Assembly (NCBI GenBank): GCA_963717365.1
Contig: OY970327.1
Coordinates: 203,599 to 267,598, forward strand
Direction of reading: 5' to 3'
DNA: 64,000 bases
From: Candidatus Saccharimonadia bacterium
Lineage (GTDB): Bacteria; Patescibacteriota; Saccharimonadia; Saccharimonadales; 2-12-FULL-41-12
The notes under the pieces were generated by a model, which worked only from the letters and a program-made list of their open reading frames with translations, did not search any database and was not told where the DNA came from. Within the stretch, counting starts at the first letter, position 1, and the number at the start of each line of letters is the position of its first letter. The translations under genes and the position numbers were made by a program. Positions 46,364-55,080 of the stretch are shown piece by piece.

Positions 46364-47007
46364 TTAGACCATCTCAGCATCGCGGTTTAGATATGCGACT
46401 TGACAGATACCGTTTTGTATGGTTAACATGCTTACTGAAGTGTTGTCTATTTCCGTTTGATATGTTTGCTGGTGGCTCCAACCTAGAAGATGGGAAGCTA
46501 GGTATTTTATGGCGCCACCATGCGTGTAGACAAAGTATCGTTGCCTTTCACTGGAGGTATTTAAAGTCATGACTTCGGATATCCATCGGCTCATGCGTAG
46601 TCCCGTTTCGTTCATTGATTCGCCGCCATTAAGTTTAAAATCTTTGCCAAGTATGGGGATGGTGCGTACGATTTCGTCAGTATATATTTCGGTACGTAGT
46701 TTACCCTCTGCGGCCCTTGCGATAGTTCTTGGAGATCATCATACGCTAGCGGTTCTATATCAAGCTTCATTTCAGCCAGAGAATAGCGTGCCGTGTCGAT
46801 TGTTCGTAGGGCAGGGGAGGTAAACACCTCGGTTGGAAGAATCTGCTTGGCGAGCATGGCACGGCCAAGTCTTTTTGCTTGTTCAACGCCACGGGGTGTC
46901 AGTGGAGAGTAATTACTGCGCCCACCCACTAAGTATGGAGTAGTATTCATTACTGTTTCGGCGTGGCGAATGAGGTACAGTTCAGTTAATGGTATATGAT
47001 CTGGCAT
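46364..47007 (-). pseudogene. Histidine phosphatase family (phosphoglycerate-mutase-like) gene interrupted by a frameshift at a G/C run (forward 46713-46715)
   Basis: The N-terminal ORF has LIRHAET...GRSN..LT..G..QA and runs to ...QELSQGPQRVNY.... Adding one G (GGG to GGGG on the coding strand) restores ...QELSQGAAEGKLRTEIYTDE...NGGESMNE...FVYTHGGAIKYL, which is the downstream ORF at 46364-46615. Confidence 0.75.
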
Positions 47008-47031
47008 AAAAATAGCCCCTTTCTGGGGGCT
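47007..47031 (-). terminator. Rho-independent terminator candidate for the 47087 gene
   Basis: On the minus strand, the AGCCCC/GGGGCT stem (forward 47014-47019 and 47026-47031) is followed by ATTTTTAT, immediately before the next start codon. Confidence 0.45.
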
Positions 47032-47086
47032 TTGGATTTTTCAACCTCTTTTACAATAGCACGTTATAGTTAAAATGTCAATTGAG

Positions 47087-47614
47087 TCAATTTGACGATA
47101 GCTCATTAATTAATTTATCTGCCCGTCTTACAACTGCTTTGGACTTATGATGCCGCTGAATCTCGAGTAAAGAAATCATTTCAGATTTAGGTATGGACCC
47201 AGCTTTGGTAAATTTAACCAGCGTATCCATTGAATTGGCGGCTACAATCCAGTCAACTTCTTTTGATGACACTAGCTGCTTCAGCCAGCTTATAGCAAAG
47301 CGCTTTTGCCCGTTTGTTAAGTCGATCTCTCCATACATTTGCGCCAAATGCCACTGGATAGATGGCTGGGTGCTGGTGGTTAATTCAGCAAACTTATCTA
47401 CATAAGGGATAAGCCAGTCGGGGTGAACGCGGCAAATCTTTTCTAATCCATCTGCCGCGCGCATGCGAATCCAGGCATCCTCGTCTAGCACGCATTCATA
47501 CAGCTCGCTGAGTCGCGATTTGTCCTGCAACACTATCTCAATTACCTCGTTAACTCTTCCCAGAGAGTTTGTTTTTCCACCAGCCGCCAGCATTTCCACG
47601 AATGATTTTTCCAT
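47087..47614 (-). CDS. HEAT-like repeat protein, possibly DNA alkylation repair (AlkD-like) family; start set at MEKSFVEML
   Basis: All-helical, 175 aa. RMRAADGLEKI, QWHLAQMYGEI and W..AANSMDTLVKF resemble the DNA alkylation repair enzyme family. The assignment is tentative. Confidence 0.5.
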   Translation of the reverse strand: MEKSFVEMLAAGGKTNSLGRVNEVIEIVLQDKSRLSELYECVLDEDAWIRMRAADGLEKICRVHPDWLIPYVDKFAELTTSTQPSIQWHLAQMYGEIDLTNGQKRFAISWLKQLVSSKEVDWIVAANSMDTLVKFTKAGSIPKSEMISLLEIQRHHKSKAVVRRADKLINELSSN

Positions 47615-47633
47615 ATATCTAGTATAGCTAAAT

Positions 47634-47894
47634 TTAGATAGCGTCGCAGGGGTTTGAGCGCTCTTCATAATCTCTGAAATGATAATCTTCAGATTTTTCA
47701 GCGATTACGTCGGCAATAGATATTGCAGGTCTAAGTTCACTAGAAAGATATTTATTTGCGATTACTCTAGCTATCGGTACGCTTGGACCCACATCTATCG
47801 GCTCGATTTTTTCTCGAATTACATCCCCTATGCGAATCGGAGGACCAAGATCCATTTCAAAGTTATCATAGTTTGACCTTCCGAATATAGACAT
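47634..47894 (-). CDS. Possible small protein (86 aa) with three I-x-I-(G/A)-(D/R)-V-I-x-x-K repeats
   Basis: The ORF fits the gap upstream of the 47087 gene. It has an internal repeat (IRIGDVIREK / PIARVIANK / ISIADVIAEK). I recognise no family, and it could be non-coding. Confidence 0.3.
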   Translation of the reverse strand: MSIFGRSNYDNFEMDLGPPIRIGDVIREKIEPIDVGPSVPIARVIANKYLSSELRPAISIADVIAEKSEDYHFRDYEERSNPCDAI

Positions 47895-47994
47895 GTATTT
47901 AGTATACTACGTTGCTTAAATAGGCAGGCTAGACACAGATAGAATTTAAATCCCAAGCCAAGGCCAACCAAGCAAATTGTTAGTTGATGAGAAA

Positions 47995-48648
47995 CTAGCC
48001 TACGATTGTCTGGCTATCACCATCAATTACCATCGCTTCGCCGTCACGCAGCGCGATAAATGTCATGTGGTTGTCGATGAAGTACTGGACGGATTTATCT
48101 ATATCGGCAGATTCGGGGTGGTCGGATTTATAGTGTGGGGCTACGGAGTAGGTGAGTAAACCCAGGCAGTCCCAGATGATTTCCGAATTGTATTGGTCGG
48201 GGATTTGATATGGATCGTCGACCAGTTCAATGCCTTTGAGGGTGGGAGTCAGCACGTCTATACCGGCGCTATAGCCGCCGTAGACTATTTTGTCAGTCTC
48301 GAGTAATTGTTTAATAGCTTGATCGGCTCCGCTATATTTGAAGGCTCGCTGCAGGATGAATACATTGCCACCACGGACCCAAATCAGGTCGTAGCCGGCC
48401 AGTTTTTTGGCGAGGGTTTGATCTGGGGCTGATTGGTTTTGGAAGTAATCTCTAAGGTCGATTACTTCTGGTTCCAGGCCGATGGATTTGAGCCGTTCGA
48501 TTTCTTCTTTGAGACTTGTTTGGCGTTGTTCCGGATCTAGGGAGTCCATGGCATTGAGGATTAAGGCAGTGCGTTTGCCGCCGTTTAGAAGCCTTAGAAG
48601 CTCGTCAGGTTTATTTCCTAGGCGGAATGAGGATAGGTATAGGCGCAT
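47995..48648 (-). CDS. Peptidase E-like protein (S51 / class I glutamine amidotransferase-like fold)
   Basis: MRLYLSS...KRTALILNA, DLIWVRGGNVFILQRA and YGGYSAG are typical of the S51 dipeptidase E family. A hand-counted sample is about 50% GC, above most neighbours. Confidence 0.75.
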   Translation of the reverse strand: MRLYLSSFRLGNKPDELLRLLNGGKRTALILNAMDSLDPEQRQTSLKEEIERLKSIGLEPEVIDLRDYFQNQSAPDQTLAKKLAGYDLIWVRGGNVFILQRAFKYSGADQAIKQLLETDKIVYGGYSAGIDVLTPTLKGIELVDDPYQIPDQYNSEIIWDCLGLLTYSVAPHYKSDHPESADIDKSVQYFIDNHMTFIALRDGEAMVIDGDSQTIVG

Positions 48649-48675
48649 GTAGGGATTGTAGCAGGTGTTACTATT

Positions 48676-49050
48676 TTATCGTGGGGCGTAACGGTTATGA
48701 AGCATTAAGTCATTACCGTCAGGGTCGGTGAAAAATGCCATGTGACATACTCCTGTGTCAAATGTGTCGCCACTGAACTTTACCCCTTTTTCTTCGAGCT
48801 CGGCACGGGTTTTTGCAATATCATTTACATGTAATGAAATATGTGCATTTTTTTGGGGCGAAAACGGCATGCCCGTTTTCTCTGGTTCCCAGATTCCTAG
48901 GCAGGTTTTGCCAACCCATACGTCATACTTAGCCTTCTCATCTTTTTTTAGTCCAAGTGTTTCAGTATAAAACTGCAAAGCTCGATCTGGATCTTGGGTT
49001 GGTATGCCTACAAAATCTAGGCCAGTAACCGGATTATTTAATCTGCCCAT
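48676..49050 (-). CDS. VOC family (glyoxalase fold) protein; start set at MGRLNNPV
   Basis: LDFVGIPTQDPDRALQFYTETLGL...HMAFFTDPDGNDLMLH. GGAGG lies 5 nt upstream of ATG 49050, inside the longer ORF. Confidence 0.8.
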   Translation of the reverse strand: MGRLNNPVTGLDFVGIPTQDPDRALQFYTETLGLKKDEKAKYDVWVGKTCLGIWEPEKTGMPFSPQKNAHISLHVNDIAKTRAELEEKGVKFSGDTFDTGVCHMAFFTDPDGNDLMLHNRYAPR

Positions 49051-49254
49051 AACTACCTCCATATTAGATAGTGCAATTATATCAAAGCTTCTCCAGGGTA
49101 TCCATAATTGTAGGATAACAAAACAGACTTCCTAAATAGTCTTCTGGTCGAACTACATTATACAAACCGTGTCTGTCTACTACCTAAAATATTGAGTTAG
49201 TTTAAATATAAACCTATAACTTAGTGTTAAAATAAAAAACAACGAGAATGTTCA

Positions 49255-49605
49255 ATGACAAAACATCGGATTTATACAACCAGCTTCGCGAGCGTCTATC
49301 CCTATTATGTTGCTAAGGCAGAGAAAAAAAGCCGCACAAAAACAGAGGTCGACGAAATTATTTGCTGGTTAACGGGATATAGCCGGAAAGAGCTAGAGAC
49401 ACAACTTGAAAAACAGACAGACTTTGAGAACTTCTTTATGGAAGCTCCTCAGCTTAATCCCCTACGGCTCTTAATTACAGGAGTGATTTGCGGTATCAGA
49501 GTCGAGGACATTAAAGAACCAATCATGCAAGAAATTCGCTATCTAGATAAATTAATTGATGAGTTAGCAAAGGGGAAAGGCATGGAGAAGATATTACGGA
49601 AGTAA
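49255..49605 (+). CDS. DUF2200 domain protein
   Basis: [39 protein letters not shown]...[43 protein letters not shown] matches my recollection of DUF2200 across its length. Confidence 0.7.
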   Translation: MTKHRIYTTSFASVYPYYVAKAEKKSRTKTEVDEIICWLTGYSRKELETQLEKQTDFENFFMEAPQLNPLRLLITGVICGIRVEDIKEPIMQEIRYLDKLIDELAKGKGMEKILRK

Positions 49606-49769
49606 TACATTCACCTTTAATATACAAGAATGACTCTTGAAGGAGTCTTTGATTATAATCTGCAACGTAACTTAAATTAACATACGGATATAAAAGGCGT
49701 GACTGGGTATCGTTGACAATGTTAGAACCATTCTTATATTTGGTTCCTAATCAAGATCACCAACTTCTG

Positions 49770-49798
49770 TTGCATAATCACACAAATGGTGTTAAAAT
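49770..49798 (+). promoter_or_regulatory. Candidate sigma70-type promoter TTGCAT-17-TAAAAT (with TGt extended -10)
   Basis: -35 at 49770-49775 and -10 at 49793-49798, 24 nt upstream of ATG 49822. Confidence 0.4.
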
Positions 49799-49821
49799 AG
49801 TCATTAAATTAATTTACGGGA

Positions 49822-50718
49822 ATGATTATGTCCTCTAGTGGTGAATTCGATAATTCTTGGCTACCTAATTCAGGTAGCACTTATGCTGAACTTGCTCCGC
49901 GTGCTGCTGCTATTGAGAGCATGGCAAGAACTTTACTTGAAACTCCAGACTGGACACAAACACAATTGCACTATGAAACCCCGTTTGGTCCCGACTATAC
50001 TTTAGATTTATCTGCACGGGATCAAAGTCGTTCAAACCCTCGCCCCACCCGAAACTTACAAGTCCGTGTTAATAATGCCGAGGGCATAAACTTGTGTCGT
50101 CTTATGATGAACCTAGATGAACCTGCAAAACATCAGGGCAAATACCCGCAAGCGGAAGATGCTGCTAAATTGTTAGAAGAGGTTAAAGATGCAGATCCAG
50201 CTGCTTTAGAACTAGTGCGTAATGCTCTGCAATTACACTTGCATGGATATGACCAAGCCATAGTGGACAAGGTAAATACTAGGTACGCTGCGTTATTAAT
50301 GGAGGGTAGTACCAACAATAGAATTGGTATCTGGCATACCCTCGAAGACGGTACTTTTGTTGGCTTAGCCCACACAACAAAAGAGGGCGAGCAGCCATGG
50401 CCGGAAATTGATAACGAGTATGAGCTTGCGGTGCGTGTTAAACCATATGGTAGAGTGGTTGACTTCCAAAAGCGCAGAGATGGCATGTACGAAACATTTG
50501 AAACCGACCATGACACAGGCAAGCTTCTTCGTTCGATTGTAGGTGAAAGCAGAGTACTTGGCGAGGGCGAAAACGCCGTTGAAGTTGATTTGGGCGATAA
50601 CAAGTCAAAACATGCTGTTATTGAGGAGGCGGAGAGAGCTATGGGATTGCGAGCTTTGGATACAGAGCGGCTTGACCGTATTGAAGAAGGGCTGCAGGCA
50701 GCAGTGGCAGAACGTTAA
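49822..50718 (+). CDS. Hypothetical cytoplasmic protein (298 aa)
   Basis: Long ORF, no TM segment. I recognise no family. Confidence 0.5.
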   Translation: MIMSSSGEFDNSWLPNSGSTYAELAPRAAAIESMARTLLETPDWTQTQLHYETPFGPDYTLDLSARDQSRSNPRPTRNLQVRVNNAEGINLCRLMMNLDEPAKHQGKYPQAEDAAKLLEEVKDADPAALELVRNALQLHLHGYDQAIVDKVNTRYAALLMEGSTNNRIGIWHTLEDGTFVGLAHTTKEGEQPWPEIDNEYELAVRVKPYGRVVDFQKRRDGMYETFETDHDTGKLLRSIVGESRVLGEGENAVEVDLGDNKSKHAVIEEAERAMGLRALDTERLDRIEEGLQAAVAER

Positions 50719-50734
50719 CAATAAACCATCTGTA

Positions 50735-50820
50735 AAAAAGACTTTAAAGAAGACTTGATTCTAACGTCCCACATAGCTTATAAACTTCTACAGATACAAA
50801 AGTACTGGCTGAGTAGGATG
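50735..50820. repeat. Degenerate copy of the tRNA-Gln 3' end plus its downstream region (direct repeat partner of 51623-51709)
   Basis: Collinear identical blocks are shared with the tRNA-proximal copy: aaaaagactt, ttctaacgtc, acagat, tactggctg and ggatg. Span is nearly equal (86 vs 87 nt). The hairpin is broken here (aagActt instead of aagTctt). Confidence 0.6.
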
Positions 50821-50835
50821 TATCAGGCTAGAACG

Positions 50836-51603
50836 TTAATCGTCAGAGGTAGCTAAATTACTCTCTAGTTTAACCGCATCAATAACAGCAATTACAAGGT
50901 GTTCAATATACTCAAAGTGAGGCTTTGGGCTTGGCATTAGTTTTGGTGAGTGTTTGGTTTTAGGAACTATAAAGTAGTTTCCGTGTTTGGCGATTGCAAA
51001 GTAATGTTTCGGGATTTTAGCTGGTACAACTTCGTCCAGCTCGTGCTCCAAGATGTATGTAAAACCATCGTAGTTGGCTATAGCCGCACTAGCTTTACTA
51101 TGTAGCATTTCATTATCAGCTTGCTCGGTTTCCATGTAGGCTGCATATCCCTCAGATCTAGCACGCAGTGTATCTTTATAAGGTATATCCATCTCTTGAT
51201 TGGGATAATTTGCTGGACAACGGAGAACGGCTGCATGGACTGGACGTACGCCTGTCAGTAATGCTGTCATGTAGCCACCAAAACTTCCACCAATAACAAT
51301 AATCTTTTCAAAGCCATGTTGCTTCAGTTCGTCAAAGACCGCAGCTAATTCTTCATGCTGTTGCTGACGAGTTGAGTCGTCAAGCTCAGTTTTGCTCAAC
51401 CCATGACCAGCGTAATCAAGTGTAGCGAATACAACACCAGTTTTTTCAGCCATTCGCTCTACACCCGCGCGGTGAGAGTCCATAGAGCTTGACCAGCCCT
51501 GAATCCAGATTACACAGTACTCTTTATTTACGTCATTGGGCGTAAAAAGTCGCCAAGGTATATTATTAGTGCTGTGCTCAAGTACGTAATCATCGATTTT
51601 CAT
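50836..51603 (-). CDS. Alpha/beta hydrolase (dienelactone hydrolase/BAAT-like size class)
   Basis: 255 aa with nucleophile elbow IGGSFGG and the beta-strand pattern VIWIQGWSS...VVFATLDYAGHG. The C-terminal His region is KTKHSP. Confidence 0.8.
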   Translation of the reverse strand: MKIDDYVLEHSTNNIPWRLFTPNDVNKEYCVIWIQGWSSSMDSHRAGVERMAEKTGVVFATLDYAGHGLSKTELDDSTRQQQHEELAAVFDELKQHGFEKIIVIGGSFGGYMTALLTGVRPVHAAVLRCPANYPNQEMDIPYKDTLRARSEGYAAYMETEQADNEMLHSKASAAIANYDGFTYILEHELDEVVPAKIPKHYFAIAKHGNYFIVPKTKHSPKLMPSPKPHFEYIEHLVIAVIDAVKLESNLATSDD

Positions 51604-51614
51604 GGTTTAACTAT

Positions 51615-51645
51615 AACAAAATAAAAAGACTTCCGAATAAGTCTT
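51615..51645 (-). terminator. Rho-independent terminator downstream of tRNA-Gln
   Basis: On the minus strand, the AAGACTT-ATTCGG-AAGTCTT hairpin (forward 51626-51645) is followed by TTTATTTTGTT. Confidence 0.6.
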
Positions 51646-51709
51646 TGGTTCTAACGTCTAACTTGGTCTGGCCAAGTTCAACAGATGTAGTTCATACTGG
51701 CTGGGGATG
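51623..51709. repeat. tRNA-proximal copy of the direct repeat (tRNA-Gln 3' terminal 12 nt plus 75 nt downstream)
   Basis: See 50735-50820. This copy contains the intact terminator hairpin and the genuine tRNA 3' end. Confidence 0.6.
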
Positions 51710-51771
51710 AGGGATTCGAACCCCCGATGCATGGACCAGAACCATGTGCCTTACCACTTGGCGAATCCCCA
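51698..51771 (-). tRNA. tRNA-Gln (anticodon CUG), CCA encoded
   Basis: The reverse complement reads UGGGGAU-UC-GCCAAGUGGUAAGGC-A-CAUGG-UUCUGGU-CCAUG-CAUC-GGGGG-UUCGAAU-CCCUC-AUCCCCA-G-CCA. This gives a full cloverleaf, the U1-A72 pair typical of bacterial tRNA-Gln, and a near-collinear match to E. coli tRNA-Gln2. Confidence 0.92.
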
Positions 51772-51836
51772 TAATCGCGTTGGTTTACAAGGGGTAATTG
51801 TAGCTGTTTACTCCAAAAATCTCAAGGGGATGTTAG

Positions 51837-53048
51837 TTATTGTTGGTTGAGGTCTTTGACAAGGGCTTGAATGTCGCTGAAATCTTTAGTGCCAGCAGCC
51901 GGGACGAGGGCGGACTGACCGGATCGGGTGGTGATGCCTTCAAGGTAGTTTACTTTGTCGACATCGCTGAGGTTGACTTGCTTAAGGCTGGCGTCGGGTA
52001 CGGAACGCATCAAACGGAAGAGGGGGAGGGTTTCACCTAGTTCAAGGTCAGTTTTGGTGTTGCTGGCAATGGCGTCAAAAACGCGGTCGTTGAGACGGGG
52101 GTCGAGGACGAGTTTCCAGTCCAGTTCGCTTTTAATGGCGGCAAAGACGGCTTGCTGGTTTTGTGTACGGTTAAAGTCGGAGCGGGGGAAGCCGTATGAA
52201 CCAAAGGTGGAGCCGCGGGCGCGGGTCAAGCGCAGTGCTGTTTGGCCATCAATTTCCTGGACACCATTGGCAAGCTTAAGCGGACCACCTTCCTGTGGTC
52301 GGAAGTTGGGGTCGTATATGCCACGTTCATCGGGACTTTGGATGGTTACCGAAATGCCGCCAAGGGCATCTACAATATCGCGGACGGCGCTGTAGTTAAT
52401 AACTACCGAGTAGTGCAATTCCAGATCAAAGTTTTTAGTGATTACCTTTTCTAATAAGCCGATGCCGCCGGTTGGGTAGCCTTCCTCGCTGAATTCCTGG
52501 TTTTCACCGGCCTGAAAAGCTTCGTTAATTTTGGCTGAACCGTAATCGGGTATGTCTACGTATAAATCCCTCGGGACACTTAGCATGTAGCCAGATTTTT
52601 TGTCTTTATTCAGGCTGACAATCATGATGGAGTCGGTTAGGGCGGCACCGGCGTGTTCTGGATCGTCGACAGAATAGCCGACTAGCAAGATATTAGTGCG
52701 TCCTTCAGTACTTTCTAAGGTGCCAGGTACTAATAGCGGTGTGATGTCGCCGCTGCCAAACATTTTCTCACTGGCCTTCGACGCGTTTTTTAGGTCCCAG
52801 ATGCCGATTACTAATAGAGGGGTCAGAACGATTACAAACAGTAATAAGAGCGCTTTTTTAAAGCCAAAACGACGTTTCTTTGGCTTATCGGTTGTAGTTT
52901 CAACTTTCGCATTATTGCTGGTGACAGGGGTGAATTTAGTCGGTGAACGGTTGGAGCTGCGGGGGTGGTACGTGCTGCCGCTGAGTGTTTGGTTTACATT
53001 GAAACGTTTAGGTTGCTTCCGTGGTTTATTCTTCTTGGACAAATGCAT
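51837..53048 (-). CDS. LytR-CpsA-Psr (LCP) family cell-wall polymer ligase; start set at MHLSKKNK
   Basis: Basic N-terminus, one TM (LLLLFVIVLTPLLVIGIW), and the LCP core NILLVGYSVDD...ALTDSIMIVSL...SVPRDLYVDIP...KINEAF. A hand-counted sample is about 53% GC, against about 39% in the adjacent hydrolase gene. Confidence 0.85.
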   Translation of the reverse strand: MHLSKKNKPRKQPKRFNVNQTLSGSTYHPRSSNRSPTKFTPVTSNNAKVETTTDKPKKRRFGFKKALLLLFVIVLTPLLVIGIWDLKNASKASEKMFGSGDITPLLVPGTLESTEGRTNILLVGYSVDDPEHAGAALTDSIMIVSLNKDKKSGYMLSVPRDLYVDIPDYGSAKINEAFQAGENQEFSEEGYPTGGIGLLEKVITKNFDLELHYSVVINYSAVRDIVDALGGISVTIQSPDERGIYDPNFRPQEGGPLKLANGVQEIDGQTALRLTRARGSTFGSYGFPRSDFNRTQNQQAVFAAIKSELDWKLVLDPRLNDRVFDAIASNTKTDLELGETLPLFRLMRSVPDASLKQVNLSDVDKVNYLEGITTRSGQSALVPAAGTKDFSDIQALVKDLNQQ

Positions 53049-53112
53049 ACTGCACTGATAATACGAGACTCTACGCAAATTGTCAGCTTATTGTTATACT
53101 TCTTGCAATATA

Positions 53113-54270
53113 ATGAAAAAAACAAAACCTAAGAAAATATTTCAGCTTTCGCGCTTTCCCAAGTGGGTGCTGATACTGAGTCCGATACTAGCATTATTAT
53201 TAATTGTTGGTTTTTTTGCGGTTGGCTGGATATTTTCCAGTAAAATAATGGCCGTAAATTTACAAAAGGTCGAGTTTGACCAGTTGGTTACCAAAGTAGA
53301 CGGCAGCGCATTTACAATTACCGGCAGCGCCTATAATGTCGACGGTATTATAGGTGGAATTCGTAACGACGGTAGTATGATCGGAGTTTATAGTGCGCCG
53401 TTAGAAAAACAGGATCCCTTCCGTACATCAGTTCGTACTTTACATGCGCCGCATGCCACTCCTCCAGCAGCTGGCGAGTGGATTTCTTTGCAAGGTAATA
53501 TTTGGACGACCGATCCTAAAACAGCGCTGGGAGTTAATTACTCCGATGTGACATACGACGGACCGCTTGGCAAAATGGGCGCATGGTTTATCCCGGCACG
53601 TGACCTGACATCACAAAAGTGGGTAATTGCCGTACACGGCATCGGAGCTCATAAGCAGGAAATGCTGCGATTTGTAATGCCGGTTCAAGCATCTGGCGGC
53701 AATATGCTGATCATTAATTACCGTAATGACTCAGATAACCCAAAGTCGCCTGACGGTCACGCCCATCTTGGCGATACAGAATGGCGTGACCTAGAAGCGG
53801 CCGTTGCGTATGCAAAAGGCCGTGGTGCCACTGAAATACAGCTCTACGGTGTATCGCTGGGTGGCTCGATTACCGAAAACTACCTACGCCGTTCTGGCGA
53901 CGTTGCCAACACAAATATAACTAAGGTAATGCTGGATTCGCCGGCGCTTAACTTTAATGAAATTCTGCGATTCCAGGCAAAACGGAACGGCTACTCATCG
54001 TTTGTGTTCTTCCCGGCAACTGTCACTGCAAATTTGCGGGCAGGGATTAATATGGAGCGCATTAGCACTGGCCCGGAAGATATTAAACATAAGACACTAA
54101 TTGTTCATAATATCGATGACCCCACGGTGCCACAGGCAGCAAGTAAGAAATTAGCAGATGCGCGTCCAGATCTTGTGCAGTTTGTTGATTTTGGTAGCGG
54201 TGGGCATGCCCGAGCCTGGAATCATGACCAGGTACGATACGAGCAACTGGTTACCGAGTTCTTAAAATAA
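53113..54270 (+). CDS. Membrane-anchored alpha/beta hydrolase; start set at MKKTKPKK
   Basis: N-terminal TM (WVLILSPILALLLIVGFFAVGWIF), HG-type oxyanion region VIAVHGIGAHK and nucleophile elbow YGVSLGGS. The C-terminal region has D...GGH. Confidence 0.75.
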   Translation: MKKTKPKKIFQLSRFPKWVLILSPILALLLIVGFFAVGWIFSSKIMAVNLQKVEFDQLVTKVDGSAFTITGSAYNVDGIIGGIRNDGSMIGVYSAPLEKQDPFRTSVRTLHAPHATPPAAGEWISLQGNIWTTDPKTALGVNYSDVTYDGPLGKMGAWFIPARDLTSQKWVIAVHGIGAHKQEMLRFVMPVQASGGNMLIINYRNDSDNPKSPDGHAHLGDTEWRDLEAAVAYAKGRGATEIQLYGVSLGGSITENYLRRSGDVANTNITKVMLDSPALNFNEILRFQAKRNGYSSFVFFPATVTANLRAGINMERISTGPEDIKHKTLIVHNIDDPTVPQAASKKLADARPDLVQFVDFGSGGHARAWNHDQVRYEQLVTEFLK

Positions 54271-54337
54271 CCTGTGTTTGCAAGCACTGCGTAGATTGTA
54301 ATTCGATTCATTTAACAGTAAAATCTTCTACAAGATC

Positions 54338-55000
54338 ATGTTTAAAAAAACTACCGATAAAATTAGTCGTAGAGAACTGGCACAAGCCCAGATAGCCTTA
54401 CTTGGCGCCATCGCGCTACAAGTGGCTGTTATGTTGTGGAGTAAAAACGTAGAATTTGGACCGCAGTACCTGATTATCGCCAGTGAAATAGGTATGGCAG
54501 TCCTATTGGCTTCGACTATTAATATGCATACCCACACCAGCCGAAAACTACAGGAAATTACAGCTGGTATAACGCTTGGCTTCATATCTTTGGCTAATAT
54601 CGCTACCTTAGCTGCGGTTCTGTATTCACTTATTATCGGTCATGCCGAAATCAGCGCCGTGCAGTTGCTGGCTTCGGCAATCGCTATATTCCTGACCAAT
54701 GTGATTGTTTATGCGCTGTGGTACTGGGAGATTGATAGTCCTGGTTTTACCAGTACAAAATGGTCTAAATATGACAAAGACTTTCAATTCACTCAACAAG
54801 ATCATCCCGACGAATTTCCTAGCTGGCGGCCGCAGTTTGCCGATTATTTATATCTGTCAGTAACTAACGCTGTTAACTTTGCGCCGGCCGACAGTCGTCC
54901 GCTGACTCATGCTGCTAAACTGCTAATGGCTTCGCAGGCGCTGGTCTCTGTCTTCACGCTGGCTCTGGTAGTATCCCGTTCTGTCAGTTTACTCGGTTAA
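54338..55000 (+). CDS. Integral membrane protein (possibly DUF1345 family)
   Basis: 220 aa with 5-6 hydrophobic helices. The family name comes from a weak recollection of the YALWYWEID-type motif. Confidence 0.5.
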   Translation: MFKKTTDKISRRELAQAQIALLGAIALQVAVMLWSKNVEFGPQYLIIASEIGMAVLLASTINMHTHTSRKLQEITAGITLGFISLANIATLAAVLYSLIIGHAEISAVQLLASAIAIFLTNVIVYALWYWEIDSPGFTSTKWSKYDKDFQFTQQDHPDEFPSWRPQFADYLYLSVTNAVNFAPADSRPLTHAAKLLMASQALVSVFTLALVVSRSVSLLG

Positions 55001-55080
55001 GTAATGGCGCTCGCTCTAAGCACCTGGCAATTTGAAATGCCTATGCTATACTCGTAGACAGCCTTTGAATTTAACAACTC

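Noticed and set aside
46294-46823. Plus-strand ORFs 46294-46572 and 46569-46823
   Set aside because: They are antisense to the frameshifted histidine-phosphatase gene. That gene's two halves carry clear family motifs, and these ORFs have none.
42571-51771. A classical integrase-bearing genomic island at tRNA-Gln
   Set aside because: No integrase, recombinase, excisionase or phage gene is present. I found no second tRNA-fragment repeat further upstream by eye. Only the short repeat pair around the hydrolase gene is supported.
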